Assembly (NCBI RefSeq): GCF_001194135.2
Contig: NC_068989.1
Span: 11,821,031 to 11,879,714, forward strand
Reading direction: 5' to 3'
DNA length: 58,684 nucleotides
From: Octopus bimaculoides
Taxonomy: Eukaryota
Positions 36,461-49,126 of this stretch are shown here, piece after piece. Made by a program: the position numbers and the translations under genes. How positions within the stretch are numbered: position 1 is the first letter of the stretch; each line of letters opens with the position of its first letter. The notes below the pieces were generated by a model. The model saw nothing but the letters and a program-made list of their open reading frames with translations, had not been told where the DNA came from and did no database searches.

Positions 36461-37509
36461 ATGTCAACTGCTAGTTTTCCGTGCTCTGTTGTCTGCAATG
36501 ATTCATTTTGTCATTTCAGGCCTCACAGAAGTGTTTTTTTCCCTCTTAATATATGGAACTGCGACTTTAGTAATTCATGTCTAATATACGTCAGCGCCAC
36601 CGATCCCGCCCACAACCAGCGCTGCACTTATCCCCACCCTCATCAAACACGATATTTCAATTTCCAACTCGGTGACGACCGCCAAGGCCACTCTGTCGCC
36701 CTCAACACCATCACCTCAACCATTACTACCGCCATCGTCATTACTAACACCACCACTTCCACCAATCTTTCCAGCCTCGTCATCGCCTCCACCCTCACCA
36801 ACACCATAATCTTCGACTCTATCACCACCAGCACCACCAACACCAGCGATACCAGCGACACGAGCACCAGCACCAGCACCACCAGCAGCAGCAACACCAC
36901 CACCAAACAACCACGACTACGACCACGACTATGAACTTCAACATGACCAATACGCAGCAGCAGTAGTAACAGCAGCAGAACCACCACCANNNNNNNNNNN
37001 NNNNNNNNNNNNNNNNNNNNNNNNNNNNNNNNNNNNNNNNNNNNNNNNNNNNNNNNNNNNNNNNNNNNNNNNNNNNNNNNNNNNNNNNNNNNNNNNNNNN
37101 NNNNNNNNNNNNNNNNNNNNNNNNNNNNNNNNNNNNNNNNNNNNNNNNNNNNNNNNNNNNNNNNNNNNNNNNNNNNNNNNNNNNNNNNNNNNNNNNNNNN
37201 NNNNNNNNNNNNNNNNNNNNNNNNNNNNNNNNNNNNNNNNNNNNNNNNNNNNNNNNNNNNNNNNNNNNNNNNNNNNNNNNNNNNNNNNNNNNNNNNNNNN
37301 NNNNNNNNNNNNNNNNNNNNNNNNNNNNNNNNNNNNNNNNNNNNNNNNNNNNNNNNNNNNNNNNNNNNNNNNNNNNNNNNNNNNNNNNNNNNNNNNNNNN
37401 NNNNNNNNNNNNNNNNNNNNNNNNNNNNNNNNNNNNNNNNNNNNNNNNNNNNNNNNNNNNNNNNNNNNNNNNNNNNNNNNNNNNNNNNNNNNNNNNNNNN
37501 NNNNNNNNN

Positions 37510-38487
37510 AGGGTCAGTTGGGCACCGTCTGTGAGAAAATCAGCACCATGACACAATTTACTCTGCCAGAAATTTGGAACCGACATGCCGTACTGCTTGG
37601 TATTAGTACCGGAAGTTCCAATACGAACATTTCAAAGTGTTTGGGTTTCAATCTGAGGGAAGTGCACGTACCGAAAGTGATAAAAATCAAACATCCAGTC
37701 AACATCATAGTGTTTGGAGTGATCACTAGTGAAGGCGACGTTATGCCACCATTTATTTTCCAACACGGTGGCTTACATCAGGTGCCTGGTGGAGTAGTGC
37801 TGCTCTGGGTCAAGATGGTGGCTGTTGGAACACCTTATGTCTGGCGACAGGACTTTGCACCTTGTCACACAAGCAACAGAACCCAGTCATGGCTGCCAGG
37901 CAATTTATGCGACAACTTCACCCCTAACATCTGGCCACCTAACTCCCCAGACTGGAGCCCCTTCGATTATTATGTGTAGGGCGCAGTTGAGCGAGAGTCC
38001 AACAAGACTCCTTTTAGCACCAAAGATGAATTGAAGGCAAAGGTTATGGCATCATTCACCAACTTAAACAAGGATAGAGTTCAGAAGAGTTGCAGGAGGT
38101 TCCCAAATCGTTTGGAGGCTGTCGTTGAAGCCAATCGCAATTTTATTGAATAAATTTGTTGTTTAGTATTTCAAGAGATGCAGTACGGAATTTTGTCAGT
38201 GAACATGTCGCGGTCTCAAAGCGACGAATATATTTTGGCAAATTAAATTTGAATGTTGAAGTGAATCAAACGGATTTTGTGTGTTTCTTAAATGGCTTAT
38301 AAACACCTTACACACTGCAATTGTTTTTGTTCCAGCACACGATCTCTGATCAGGTCACTTGCTATGCAAGTACATCTCCCTATTTCAAGATATTTTTATG
38401 TAATTTTGGTAAATATATCTGTTAAAATGAAATGTCAGTGTTATTTTCATTTTTGCGTAATTTCGACGACAGTTTATTCACCGCACC

Positions 38488-38490
<3 letters not shown>
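37510..38490 (+). mobile_element. Tc1/mariner DD37D (maT-type) transposon, internally deleted, non-autonomous
   Basis: ATG at 37548 (MTQFTLPE...). Catalytic region VWRQDFAPCH...WPPNSPDWSPFD has 37 residues between the last two Asp. TGG>TAG at 37977 and natural stop at 38151. Right TIR-like end ...tttattcaccgcaccctg followed by TA. Left end lies in the gap. Confidence 0.88.
38177..38382. mobile_element. MITE-like insertion inside the maT 3' region
   Basis: Interrupts gtttagtatttcaagatattttt; flanked by the direct repeat tatttcaaga (38167-38176, 38381-38390); ends ...gcaagtacatctcccTA. Confidence 0.6.
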
Positions 38491-38532
<42 letters not shown>

Positions 38533-38558
38533 CATACATATATATATACATAATACAT

Positions 38559-38597
<39 letters not shown>

Positions 38598-38897
38598 CAC
38601 ACAAATACACACACTAACACACTCAGACGCACGCTACATGTTGGCTCACGCGCTTACACACATGCACACATACTGCCGCCTTTGCATAAAATATGATGGA
38701 GTGTGCAACAACCTCCCCAACGACAATGCGGTATTCATTCTTCCGTTCTATCATATTCTGTACCATCGGCATGTGGATTAAAATCCTTAGGGGTTTCGTA
38801 GTGTATTTACGTGCTTTAGGTTTGTTTAAAGCACGGTTGACTAAGTATGCTCAATAACAAGAGTAAATAACGATGTTGACGATGAAGACGACGGTGA

Positions 38898-38933
<36 letters not shown>

Positions 38934-40048
38934 TGATGACGACAGCGAATATAATAGCAGTAACAGAAACGAAAACGACGCCAATAATAATAATAAAGCC
39001 ATCAACAGCAACAGCAATCGAGTTGCTGTGGCAGTATCTACGTGGTAACTTGATCTGCTGAAAAGAGCAGTAAAATCTCTCTGAAAAAATTACCCTACTT
39101 TCTTAAAAAGCGACACGAGATAATTTGCACTTGAGTTTCCTGTACTCAGTAAAGAATAAAGATGGAGGGGTCGAGGCTGGATTCACTTTGATCATAGTTC
39201 TGCTCAATGAGGCCTGACCTAGAACTAAACTGAATCAGCAACAACAACAACAAATAAAGCACAAACAGTGACGTCAGAGAAATCAAGATTAATGATAACG
39301 GTAGCATAAATATTTCAATTGCTGACACTCTATGTGGTCCCTTGATCTTCGATTGCGTGCAATAACGGCCAAATCGGCTTGATGCAATAACCAACTCTCT
39401 TTACAAAACAAACAAACAAAAAAAGTGAATGTGGGAGGTTCACACTTGAATAAATAAAAATAACCAAATGGTCGTAGGTGAAAAGCCTGTGGTCATTGGC
39501 CTATTTGAGCGATGCCACTCTAACCTTTCCGCTAATACAATACTCCGAAAATGAAGCACAAAAGTACAAATGACTTATGACAAAGCCACCCATTCTAGGA
39601 GGAGAGAACAGTTTGTTAGATCTTATTCACATTGCTTCGAGTTTTAAAAGGCTCGTCAGCACCAGTTTCTTCAAGGTTTAAAAGCAACAAGTGTTGCACC
39701 AATCCTGGTACATCTAGCAGAACTTACATTAGCAGAAACTCGGTCTGCTAATGTAAACCCGCTATCAAACGTAATATAACAGTACGGAATCGGCAATCAA
39801 TCGTCAATTACAGTTATTTTTACCTTCAAGCCTAGCAGTACTGCATAGTGCACATGAGGTCTGTCAGCCGTGCCAACTCAGGCCAGAATTTTGGACGAAC
39901 TAGGCTGATACCTTTTCAAGAATTTTTCTGTCAAACAAAATCGACAATATCATGTCTTTCAATGGGGTATATACGCTAGGTATGGTATACAGATGGCTAT
40001 TAGTTCTTAAATTATCAAAGCCAGGAGAATAATATCAGATAAAATTCT

Positions 40049-40820
40049 GTGGTAAGTAGCCCGTTTACCAACCACATGGTTCAGGGTTCAGTCCAACTGC
40101 GTGGCACCTTGAGCAAGTGTCTTCTACTATGGCCTCGGACCGACCAAAGCCTTATGAGCGGATTTGGTAGACAGAAACTGAAAGAAGTATATGTCTATAT
40201 ATATGTATATATATATGTATATATATATGTATATATATATATATANNNNNNNNNNNNNNNNNNNNNNNNNNNNNNNNNNNNNNNNNNNNNNNNNNNNNNN
40301 NNNNNNNNNNNNNNNNNNNNNNNNNNNNNNNNNNNNNNNNNNNNNNNNNNNNNNNNNNNNNNNNNNNNNNNNNNNNNNNNNNNNNNNNNNNNNNNNNNNN
40401 NNNNNNNNNNNNNNNNNNNNNNNNNNNNNNNNNNNNNNNNNNNNNNNNNNNNNNNNNNNNNNNNNNNNNNNNNNNNNNNNNNNNNNNNNNNNNNNNNNNN
40501 NNNNNNNNNNNNNNNNNNNNNNNNNNNNNNNNNNNNNNNNNNNNNNNNNNNNNNNNNNNNNNNNNNNNNNNNNNNNTATATATATATGTATATATATATG
40601 TCTCTGTGTGTGTTTGTGTGTCTGTGTTTGTCCCCACAACATCGCTTGACAACCGAAGCTGGTGTGTTTACGTCCTCGTAACTTAGCGGTTCGGCAAAAA
40701 GAGACCGATGAAATAAGTACCGGGCTTACAAAGAATAAGTCCTGGGGTCGATTTGCTCGACTAAAAAAAGGCGGTGCTCCAGCATGGCCGTAATCAAATG
40801 ACTGAAACAAGTAAAAGAGT
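40049..40820 (+). mobile_element. SINE family A with expanded internal (TA)n containing an assembly gap
   Basis: 5' domain at 40049-40190 and 3' domain at 40600-40820, collinear with other copies. Confidence 0.9.
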
Positions 40821-42110
40821 GAAAAAAAAGGGTATAAATAAAATTTTTGTTTCTCTTAAATTAAAAAAATGCTCTCCAATGGTTTATTTTTTTTCAGCTC
40901 TTCTTAACATTCGCCATGCATAGCGATCCCACACCAATATCTCATATCTTCCTCCTTCTCTCTCCCTCACCCTCTCCCTCTCCCTCTTCTCTTTCTCTCT
41001 CTCCGTGTGTTATTCGTGTACAATCTTAGCTCCAGTCTCTACCTAACACCAGCCAACCTTTATCAAACTCTAAGCTTTTGTCTGCTCCGCCTCCCCTCTT
41101 CCACACCCTCCCTCATCCATTCTATTCATCCAACGTCTCCTTCCTCTCCTTCTTTCTTTGCCCAGTAGAGTTTGTCAATTGGAAATGACTTGATACTCCA
41201 TAAACAATAAATTAGTGTCGAACTGACAGACACGAAACTCTGTGCGTCTGTGTGCGTACGTGCATGAGTGTGTGTGTGCGTATATATATATGTGAGAATG
41301 TGTACGTGTGTGCCGAAGTGTGTGTGTGTGTGTGAATGTGAGGTGTGTGTGCGTGGAAGTGTGTATTTGTGTGCGAGTATGTGTCACTGTGTGCGTATGG
41401 AGTATGTGTGTATGACAATGTGTGAGGGTAAAAGTGAATGTGTGTGCGGTGGGACTGTGATGCATGCTTGCATGTGTGTGCGTGCGTGTGTGTGTGTTTG
41501 TGTGTGTATGAAAGGCAGAGAGGGTGTGTCAATATAAGAGCGCGCAAGAAGGTGGTACGTGGCTGTGCGTGGGGAAGGACTGTGATGTATGTTTGTGCAT
41601 GTATGTATGTGTTTATGCATGTACCCATACATCCATGTATGTGCCAGTGTGTATGTGTGTGTGTGCGTGTTTGTATGTGGGTGTGTGTGTGTAGCAAATA
41701 TCATTGTATGAATGGTGAGGTAGCGTGAACTTGAATGCATGTAAATGCAAATATATATATATATATATANNNNNNNNNNNNNNNNNNNNNNNNNNNNNNN
41801 NNNNNNNNNNNNNNNNNNNNNNNNNNNNNNNNNNNNNNNNNNNNNNNNNNNNNNNNNNNNNNNNNNNNNNNNNNNNNNNNNNNNNNNNNNNNNNNNNNNN
41901 NNNNNNNNNNNNNNNNNNNNNNNNNNNNNNNNNNNNNNNNNNNNNNNNNNNNNNNNNNNNNNNNNNNNNNNNNATATATATATATATTTGTATGTATGTA
42001 TATGTGTATTTATATGTACATGTATGTATATATATGCATATATATATATATGTATAAGTATATATATATATGTAAATATGTGTATATATATGTATATGTG
42101 TATATATATA

Positions 42111-42172
42111 GTGTAGTATATTGCCACTTAAGTGTGGCTGACCCCTAGGGGTGCATGTTACTGTTGCTTTTA
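42111..42172 (+). repeat. Repeat F fragment (longer copy at 54213-54375)
   Basis: gtgtagtatattgccacttaagtgtggctgacccctaggggtg.atgttactgttgctttta shared. Confidence 0.85.
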
Positions 42173-42231
42173 ACATTGCTTGTATATATATACTTATATG
42201 TATATATTTATATATATATATGTGTGTGTGT

Positions 42232-42271
<40 letters not shown>

Positions 42272-42814
42272 TTACATGTATATATATATGTATATATATA
42301 TGTGCCTCTATATTTCATTCTGTCGTTGTTTCTCCCTGTCTTTTGTTTCTTTCCTTCTCTCTATATATGTGTATGTGAGTGTGTATGTAAGTCTATATAT
42401 ATATATATGTGTGTGTGTGTATGTTTATCAGATTCTGCATGTATGTACAGATGCGTGCGCGACAATGCTTCTGTGAGCAACAGATGATGACAAAGAGCTA
42501 TCAAATGTTACGAAGGTAGAGAGTGAGTGAGAGAGAGGGAGGGGTAGCAAGAGAGGTGGGGTGAGAGAGTGAGAGGGAGGGACAAAGAACGACGAAGAAG
42601 GAGATCGATTAATGAACAGGTATATTGTGTAAAACAAGAGAAAGTGCATATTATATACACACACAAGCACTCACACTCACGCTCACATACATACACACAC
42701 ACTCACACACACACACACATGTATATATATATGTACATATATATAAAATATATATGTATAATAATATATACATAATATATATAAACATATTCTCTATATA
42801 TTACATATACATAT

Positions 42815-42854
<40 letters not shown>

Positions 42855-42968
42855 CATATATGTGTGTGTGTGTTTGTGTGTGTGTGTCCGTGAGTGTGTT
42901 TAAATATATGTGCACAAATGTATATTTATCTATGCATGTCAATGCACATACTCACGCACACACACACA

Positions 42969-43009
<41 letters not shown>

Positions 43010-43783
43010 ATATATATATATACAAGCGTACATATATTTACGGATATATTCTTATATGTAAATAGTGAGAAATATAGTAAATAACGGGAGAGGTAGTTCG
43101 GCATTTTCTAAAGAAAGGCAGAAAAACAGGCAGTAAGAAAGAATATATAAATAAACGAATGAATAGATAAATAAATAGAGAAAGAAGGAGAGAAAGAAGG
43201 AAAGAGAAAAAAAGGAGGGTGATGTGGAAAGAGAGGGTTATAGATGGAGTGCGTCAGAAAGTTGGTGATATGTAGGAAAGTGAAAGACAGAGAGGACAGT
43301 ATAACAGAATAACAGAATGAAAGTAAACAGAAAGCAGAGAATGTGTGAAAGGAAAGGAAAGTGAGATGTAGTATGTATAAATAGAGAGAAGCGTTTATGC
43401 AGAGTGGAAGTAAGCTATGGTGTCTATTATATTTAGGAAGATGAACAGATACATTAATCACTCTCAACGTTTTACCTCAGACCTCACACCTCATTCTCGA
43501 TAGTCCGTCAAGAAACGACATGCAGGCAAAAACTTATCGACGCAAAATGGCGGACGGTAAATTTACGACCATTTTTCAAATTGTCAATTTTTTTTTTTTT
43601 TTTTTGCTGCCTCATTCCTCAAACGACAACAGTTCTTGGGTGATAAATAATCCACTAGCTGATGATCTCAGTCAGAAACAAAAGCAACTGACTTGGGCCG
43701 ACACTAGTTCATTCTCAGGTCAATTTTCGATTATGGAATGGGCTTCAGTTATTTATTTAATAAAGCGTGTATATCTATCTATC

Positions 43784-43825
<42 letters not shown>

Positions 43826-44630
43826 CCTATCTATTTATCTATCTATCTATCTGTTGGTTTACCTATCAGACTTACTGTTTGTCCGTCCGTCTTCCTGTCT
43901 GCCTGTATGACTTCCTGCCTGTATGTATGTATGTCTGCCTGTTTGTTTGCCTCTCTGTCAGTCTCATCTAGTTGTGTATATGTACGTAGGTAAGATTACA
44001 CACAGAAACATGCACAAATATATACAATCATATACATGTGTTGTTGTTGTTGTNNNNNNNNNNNNNNNNNNNNNNNNNNNNNNNNNNNNNNNNNNNNNNN
44101 NNNNNNNNNNNNNNNNNNNNNNNNNNNNNNNNNNNNNNNNNNNNNNNNNNNNNNNNNNNNNNNNNNNNNNNNNNNNNNNNNNNNNNNNNNNNNNNNNNNN
44201 NNNNNNNNNNNNNNNNNNNNNNNNNNNNNNNNNNNNNNNNNNNNNNNNNNNNNNNNNNNNNNNNNNNNNNNNNNNNNNNNNNNNNNNNNNNNNNNNNNNN
44301 NNNNNNNNNNNNNNNNNNNNNNNNNNNNNNNNNNNNNNNNNNNNNNNNNNNNNNNNNNNNNNNNNNNNNNNNNNNNNNNNNNNNNNNNNNNNNNNNNNNN
44401 NNNNNNNNNNNNNNNNNNNNNNNNNNNNNNNNNNNNNNNNNNNNNNNNNNNNNNNNNNNNNNNNNNNNNNNNNNNNNNNNNNNNNNNNNNNNNNNNNNNN
44501 NNNNNNNNNNNNNNNNNNNNNNNNNNNNNNNNNNNNNNNNNNNNNNNNNNNNNNNNNNNNNNNNNNNNNNNNNNNNNNNNNNNNNNNNNNNNNNNNNNNN
44601 NNNNNNNNNNNNNNNNNNTATTATATATAC

Positions 44631-45386
44631 TGGCTTATGTCTCAGCTGTTTTGCTTCTGCTTCTGATTAGTTTTTGAAGCTTGCCTTTTTATATAGGGCG
44701 TTCATGACTCAAATTAATATATGTTTCGAATAGGGTTTGATTGTCAGAAGATAGTCATATGACCGGTCCTAGAAATTTTTGTAGGTTCCCTGCTACGTTC
44801 GTGTGTTTGTATGAGTGACAATGTTTAGCGTCGTAAGTTGAGGCTGACACGGTTAGCTGAACAAGTCTAGTGGTAGTACTAGACAATCAATGCTCTGAAT
44901 GTTTTCTGTCGAGTGTTTGTAGATAATGAACACGTGATTAAGTTTCCCACGGGACTTCCATGTAAGTCATGACCAGATTGGCGTAAGTCGGAGCAACTTT
45001 TGTCACGATCGCCTTCATTTTAGGTGCAAATATACTGCCACGTGACACTAACAAATGGACGTAGCGGGAAACGTACAAAAGGTTCGAAACTTAATCACAT
45101 GTTCATCATCTACAAACACTTGACAGAAAACACTCAGAGCATTGACTGTTTGGTAATACCAGTAGACTAGTTCAGTCAACCGTGTTAGTGTTAACTTAAC
45201 GAAGCTAAGCATTGTCACTTGATACTAATACACGTATGTAGCAGGAAACCTACAAAGATTTCTAAGACTAGTCTACCAATCAAACCCTATTCAAAACATA
45301 TATACTAATTTGAGCCATGAAATGCCTATAAAAATAGGGCAAGCTTCGAACACTAGTCAGAAGCAAAACAGCTGCGACATAAGCCA
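44631..45386. mobile_element. Fold-back/MITE-like element with ~300-bp imperfect TIRs
   Basis: Arms 44631-44946 and 45086-45386 are reverse complements (tggcttatgtc.cagctgttttgcttctg ... gtgattaagtttc); ~139-bp spacer. Confidence 0.88.
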
Positions 45387-45594
45387 CGTCTTTTTATTTC
45401 AAATTTTTGAAAATCAGTGTAAACTATGAAACCTGTTAAATCTTGACATATAGCAATAAAATATATTTTATTTTAATAGTTTAAAACTATTCTCAATGCA
45501 TTTGCAACTCTTATTTTACCTATATGCCTACTCGTGTGGGATAAAATATCATTGTTCACTCCCTGTCTGTCTGTCTGTCTGTCTCTCTCTCCCA

Positions 45595-45638
<44 letters not shown>

Positions 45639-46846
45639 TTTCATATATATGTATATGTATATATATATGTGTGTGTGCGCGCGTGCGTGTGTGTATGTAT
45701 GTGTGCCTGTGTGTATATGTATGTATAGCAAAAACAAGGGGCAATATTTGAAGGGAGCCTGTAGAATAAATATGAAAACGAAAATATGATTAGTCATCGA
45801 GATATGATTGGTTACCAAAAACAATTGCAAAATTCATCACAGACTCAGTTTTTGTGCCATGAATCACACACACACACACACACGCACGCACGCACACAGA
45901 CACGCACACAAGCACGCAGACACAGACACACAAACATACACACGCGCACACACAAACACACATACACGCACAAACAAATACATACACACACATATTCCTG
46001 TATTCCTCTGCAATGTACGTGCGTTGCCAAAGCAAAGAATGTAATTATTCCTAATGCAGTTTTAGTTTTGATAAATGACAAATAGTTTTTCAACATGTGA
46101 CAATATTTCATACTATGACAAATTAACTACGCGGGAAAGAAATTTTGGCTAATTAATATTTGGATATTCCTTAATGAATATCAATAGAAGCGTTTGCAAT
46201 TATTCACCAATTCCGATCTTTTGTTCAATCTTAAAAATTACTTTATGAGATTGTTATACTTCTCAAAGAGACAAACATTAGACCTTCAGGTGAAGAACTG
46301 TGGAGAAAACTTTGCCTTATATAAATAAATCAAATATATACAAGTAATATGTAGCTGAAACGCCTCACATTCTTTCTAGATCCAAGAATTGCACCACACT
46401 ATTTAATTCCAGATCTGAAATCTTTACTAAATGCACGCACATGTACAATTTCTTTTGTCGCACTGGACAACACCAACCTCTCCGGATTGAGTAGATGTCT
46501 CATATACTTAGGCCTATTTCGGTTATATTATTCTACAACATCTTGATTAATTGATTTCTATAGACAAAAGGACCTTATTGTTTTTTTTTTTCGTTCGTTT
46601 TTTCGATTTCCAACTTTTGCATCAACCTTCTCGGTATTATTTTTTTATGTTTTTCCACAGACCAGTATCTTGGTTTTCAAATAGAATTAACGGTATCACA
46701 GATTCTGAAAGACTGCCTCAAGACACAGTGCATGTTAAACAAATCTGACAAATTATTGTATCTCTACAGCATGAAATTTTTAGTAGCACTTTTTTTTTGC
46801 ATTTTGCGAATATTAAATGATATCCTTCCTATAATCAGAAAGTAAA

Positions 46847-46894
<48 letters not shown>

Positions 46895-47030
46895 ACGATA
46901 GATACAGACACTAATAAGAGCTCAGTCCAGAAGCGGGACCAAAAATTCACCGTCGAACGAAGGAGGACAGACGCCCAGGCACATAAAGCTGCAAAATTAT
47001 CCATCCATCTATGAGGTATTAGTATGAATT

Positions 47031-47086
47031 TTACGGGGACGTAAGTACACCAACATCGGTTGTAAAGCAATGGTGGTGGGGAGACG

Positions 47087-47133
<47 letters not shown>

Positions 47134-47298
47134 GCGATGGACTTCTTTCAGTTTCCGTCTATCGAATCCACTCACAAGGCTTTGGTCGGCCCGAGGCTAT
47201 AGCAGAAGACACTTTTCCCACGGTGCTACGCAGTGGAACTGAACCAGGAACGATTTGGTTGGTAGGCAAGCTACTTACCACACAGCCACTTCTGCGAC
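47031..47298 (-). mobile_element. SINE family A, 3'-truncated
   Basis: Head plus microsatellite plus part of the 3' domain. Confidence 0.88.
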
Positions 47299-47313
47299 CA
47301 TTCACCTTCTCGT

Positions 47314-47528
47314 AATCCTTCCTGCTATAGGTACAAAGCTTGAAATTTCGCGGGAGGGGTCAGTCGATTGCCCCAATCCCAGTGGTCAACAGCAACCTAT
47401 TTTATCGGCCCCGAAAGGATGAAAGGCAAAGTCAACCTCGGCGGAATTTGAACTCAGAACATAAAGACGGACTAAATACCGTTAAGCATTTTGTCCGGCG
47501 TGCTAACGATTCTGCCATCTCACCGCCT
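47314..47528 (-). mobile_element. SINE family B (B2 tail)
   Basis: Full head, core and ...tatagcaggaaggatt tail. Confidence 0.88.
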
Positions 47529-47827
47529 TTAGACAGTTTCTCATAATAAATGACAATAACAAGAACTATAAGCAAGCACCAATCCAGTTATATGACGATA
47601 AGAAAACAACTAAACCCCGAGACATATCTACTCAGATTGAAAAGAGGATTATAGCGAAAATTTAAGTATTATAAGCTAAGACTGAAAAGGAAATATATAT
47701 ATAATCTATGAGCGATATCTGGCCAAATCATTGACCATAAGTATGTCTAAAAGCTCTGGAAATAGAAATCAGAAAGATTTGTGACTATTAAATTAACCAA
47801 AATAATAATAATAATAATAATAATAAT

Positions 47828-48375
47828 GATGCAGTACCAGACAGTGGTTCTCATGGCTTCTTGTCTTAATTGATTGGAAGTGTTATTTTGTACATTGTTT
47901 TGTCTTGGTATAAAAGATGGGCTACAGCAAATATCCTGCTCAATACCACAGATTTGCTTGTCAGTTGTTTGACCTTAACCAGTTGAGCATGTCCCTTGGT
48001 GGCTGACAATATGTGCATCTCTGATGATGAGCAGAAATAGTGGGGGAGCCTCATAGCCATGTGTTGAGAAGAATTCTTTGGGGTTTGAATAATTCACCTT
48101 TGGAAACATGGGTGTTTTGCTCAGCATCCTTAAACGAACCTTATTCATGGACCTTTTGAGCGGGATGGGCTACTCGACCTGAACAAATTCTAATTGGGCC
48201 CCACCTATGAGGTCATGCGCTGTTTATTTTGATATGAGATCACCATGTCGCGCACATGTGGTTGTGATGCATGTGCCTGGTGTACCCTTATCAGACGGGT
48301 AGTCATGATGGGTATATTGGGCTTCGTATATTTTACTCCAGTGTCACTTTGATGGCATGCACTGCTCTCTCACTC
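47828..48375 (+). mobile_element. Repeat D, ~550-bp element embedded in (AAT)n
   Basis: (AAT)n on both sides (47801-47827 and 48376-48390); no TIR or ORF seen; second fragment at 12336-12377. Confidence 0.7.
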
Positions 48376-48406
48376 AATGATAATAATAATATTCTGTGTA
48401 GAGATG

Positions 48407-48513
48407 TGTGGATCAATGGTTAGTTGTGTTGCATTCAAGTTCGTAAAATTGTGGTTTCGATTCCTGAAAAACGCTTCATTTCAAGTTGCTCTCGTCCACT
48501 CAGCTAGCAAAAG
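48407..48513 (+). mobile_element. SINE family C (H2) degenerate head fragment
   Basis: atggttag...gtggtttcgattcc...cttcatttcaagttgctctcgtccactcagctagcaaaa. Confidence 0.65.
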
Positions 48514-48833
48514 TGCGTAATATGGCGATGTCGTGACAAGCCTGACGCCCCGGCAGTGACTGGTGAGTTTACTTATATAAACGAACATTAATAAACTTCT
48601 GAACTGCTTGACCATAGGCCGACCTACTGTCGAATGTTACTTTTGTTTCTTCAAATTATAATTAATATTGTGTTCATACAATGCACCAATAATAATCAGT
48701 GAAGAGGGAGGTAAAAAGCAGCTTTAATTATACCTGTGCCCAGAAATTCACTCACACGACTTGAAAATGATGGCGCAAAGTAGATGCGTAAATATATAGC
48801 AAGTACTTTTGATTCAGTAATTGATACAACGCA

Positions 48834-49044
48834 TCCTTTCTACTATAGGCACAAGGCCTGGAGTTTGGTGGAGAGGGATAGTCGATTAGATCGACCCCAG
48901 CACTTAACTGGTACTTAATTTACCGACCCCGAAAGGATGAAAGGCAATATCGACCTCGGCGGAATTTGAAACCTAGAACGTAGCGACGGGTGAAATACCG
49001 ATATGCATTTCGCCCGGCGTGCTAACGGTTCTGCCAACTCGCCC
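48834..49044 (-). mobile_element. SINE family B (B2 tail), abutting (AAT)n at 49045-49155
   Basis: Full match to the B consensus. Confidence 0.9.
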
Positions 49045-49126
<82 letters not shown>

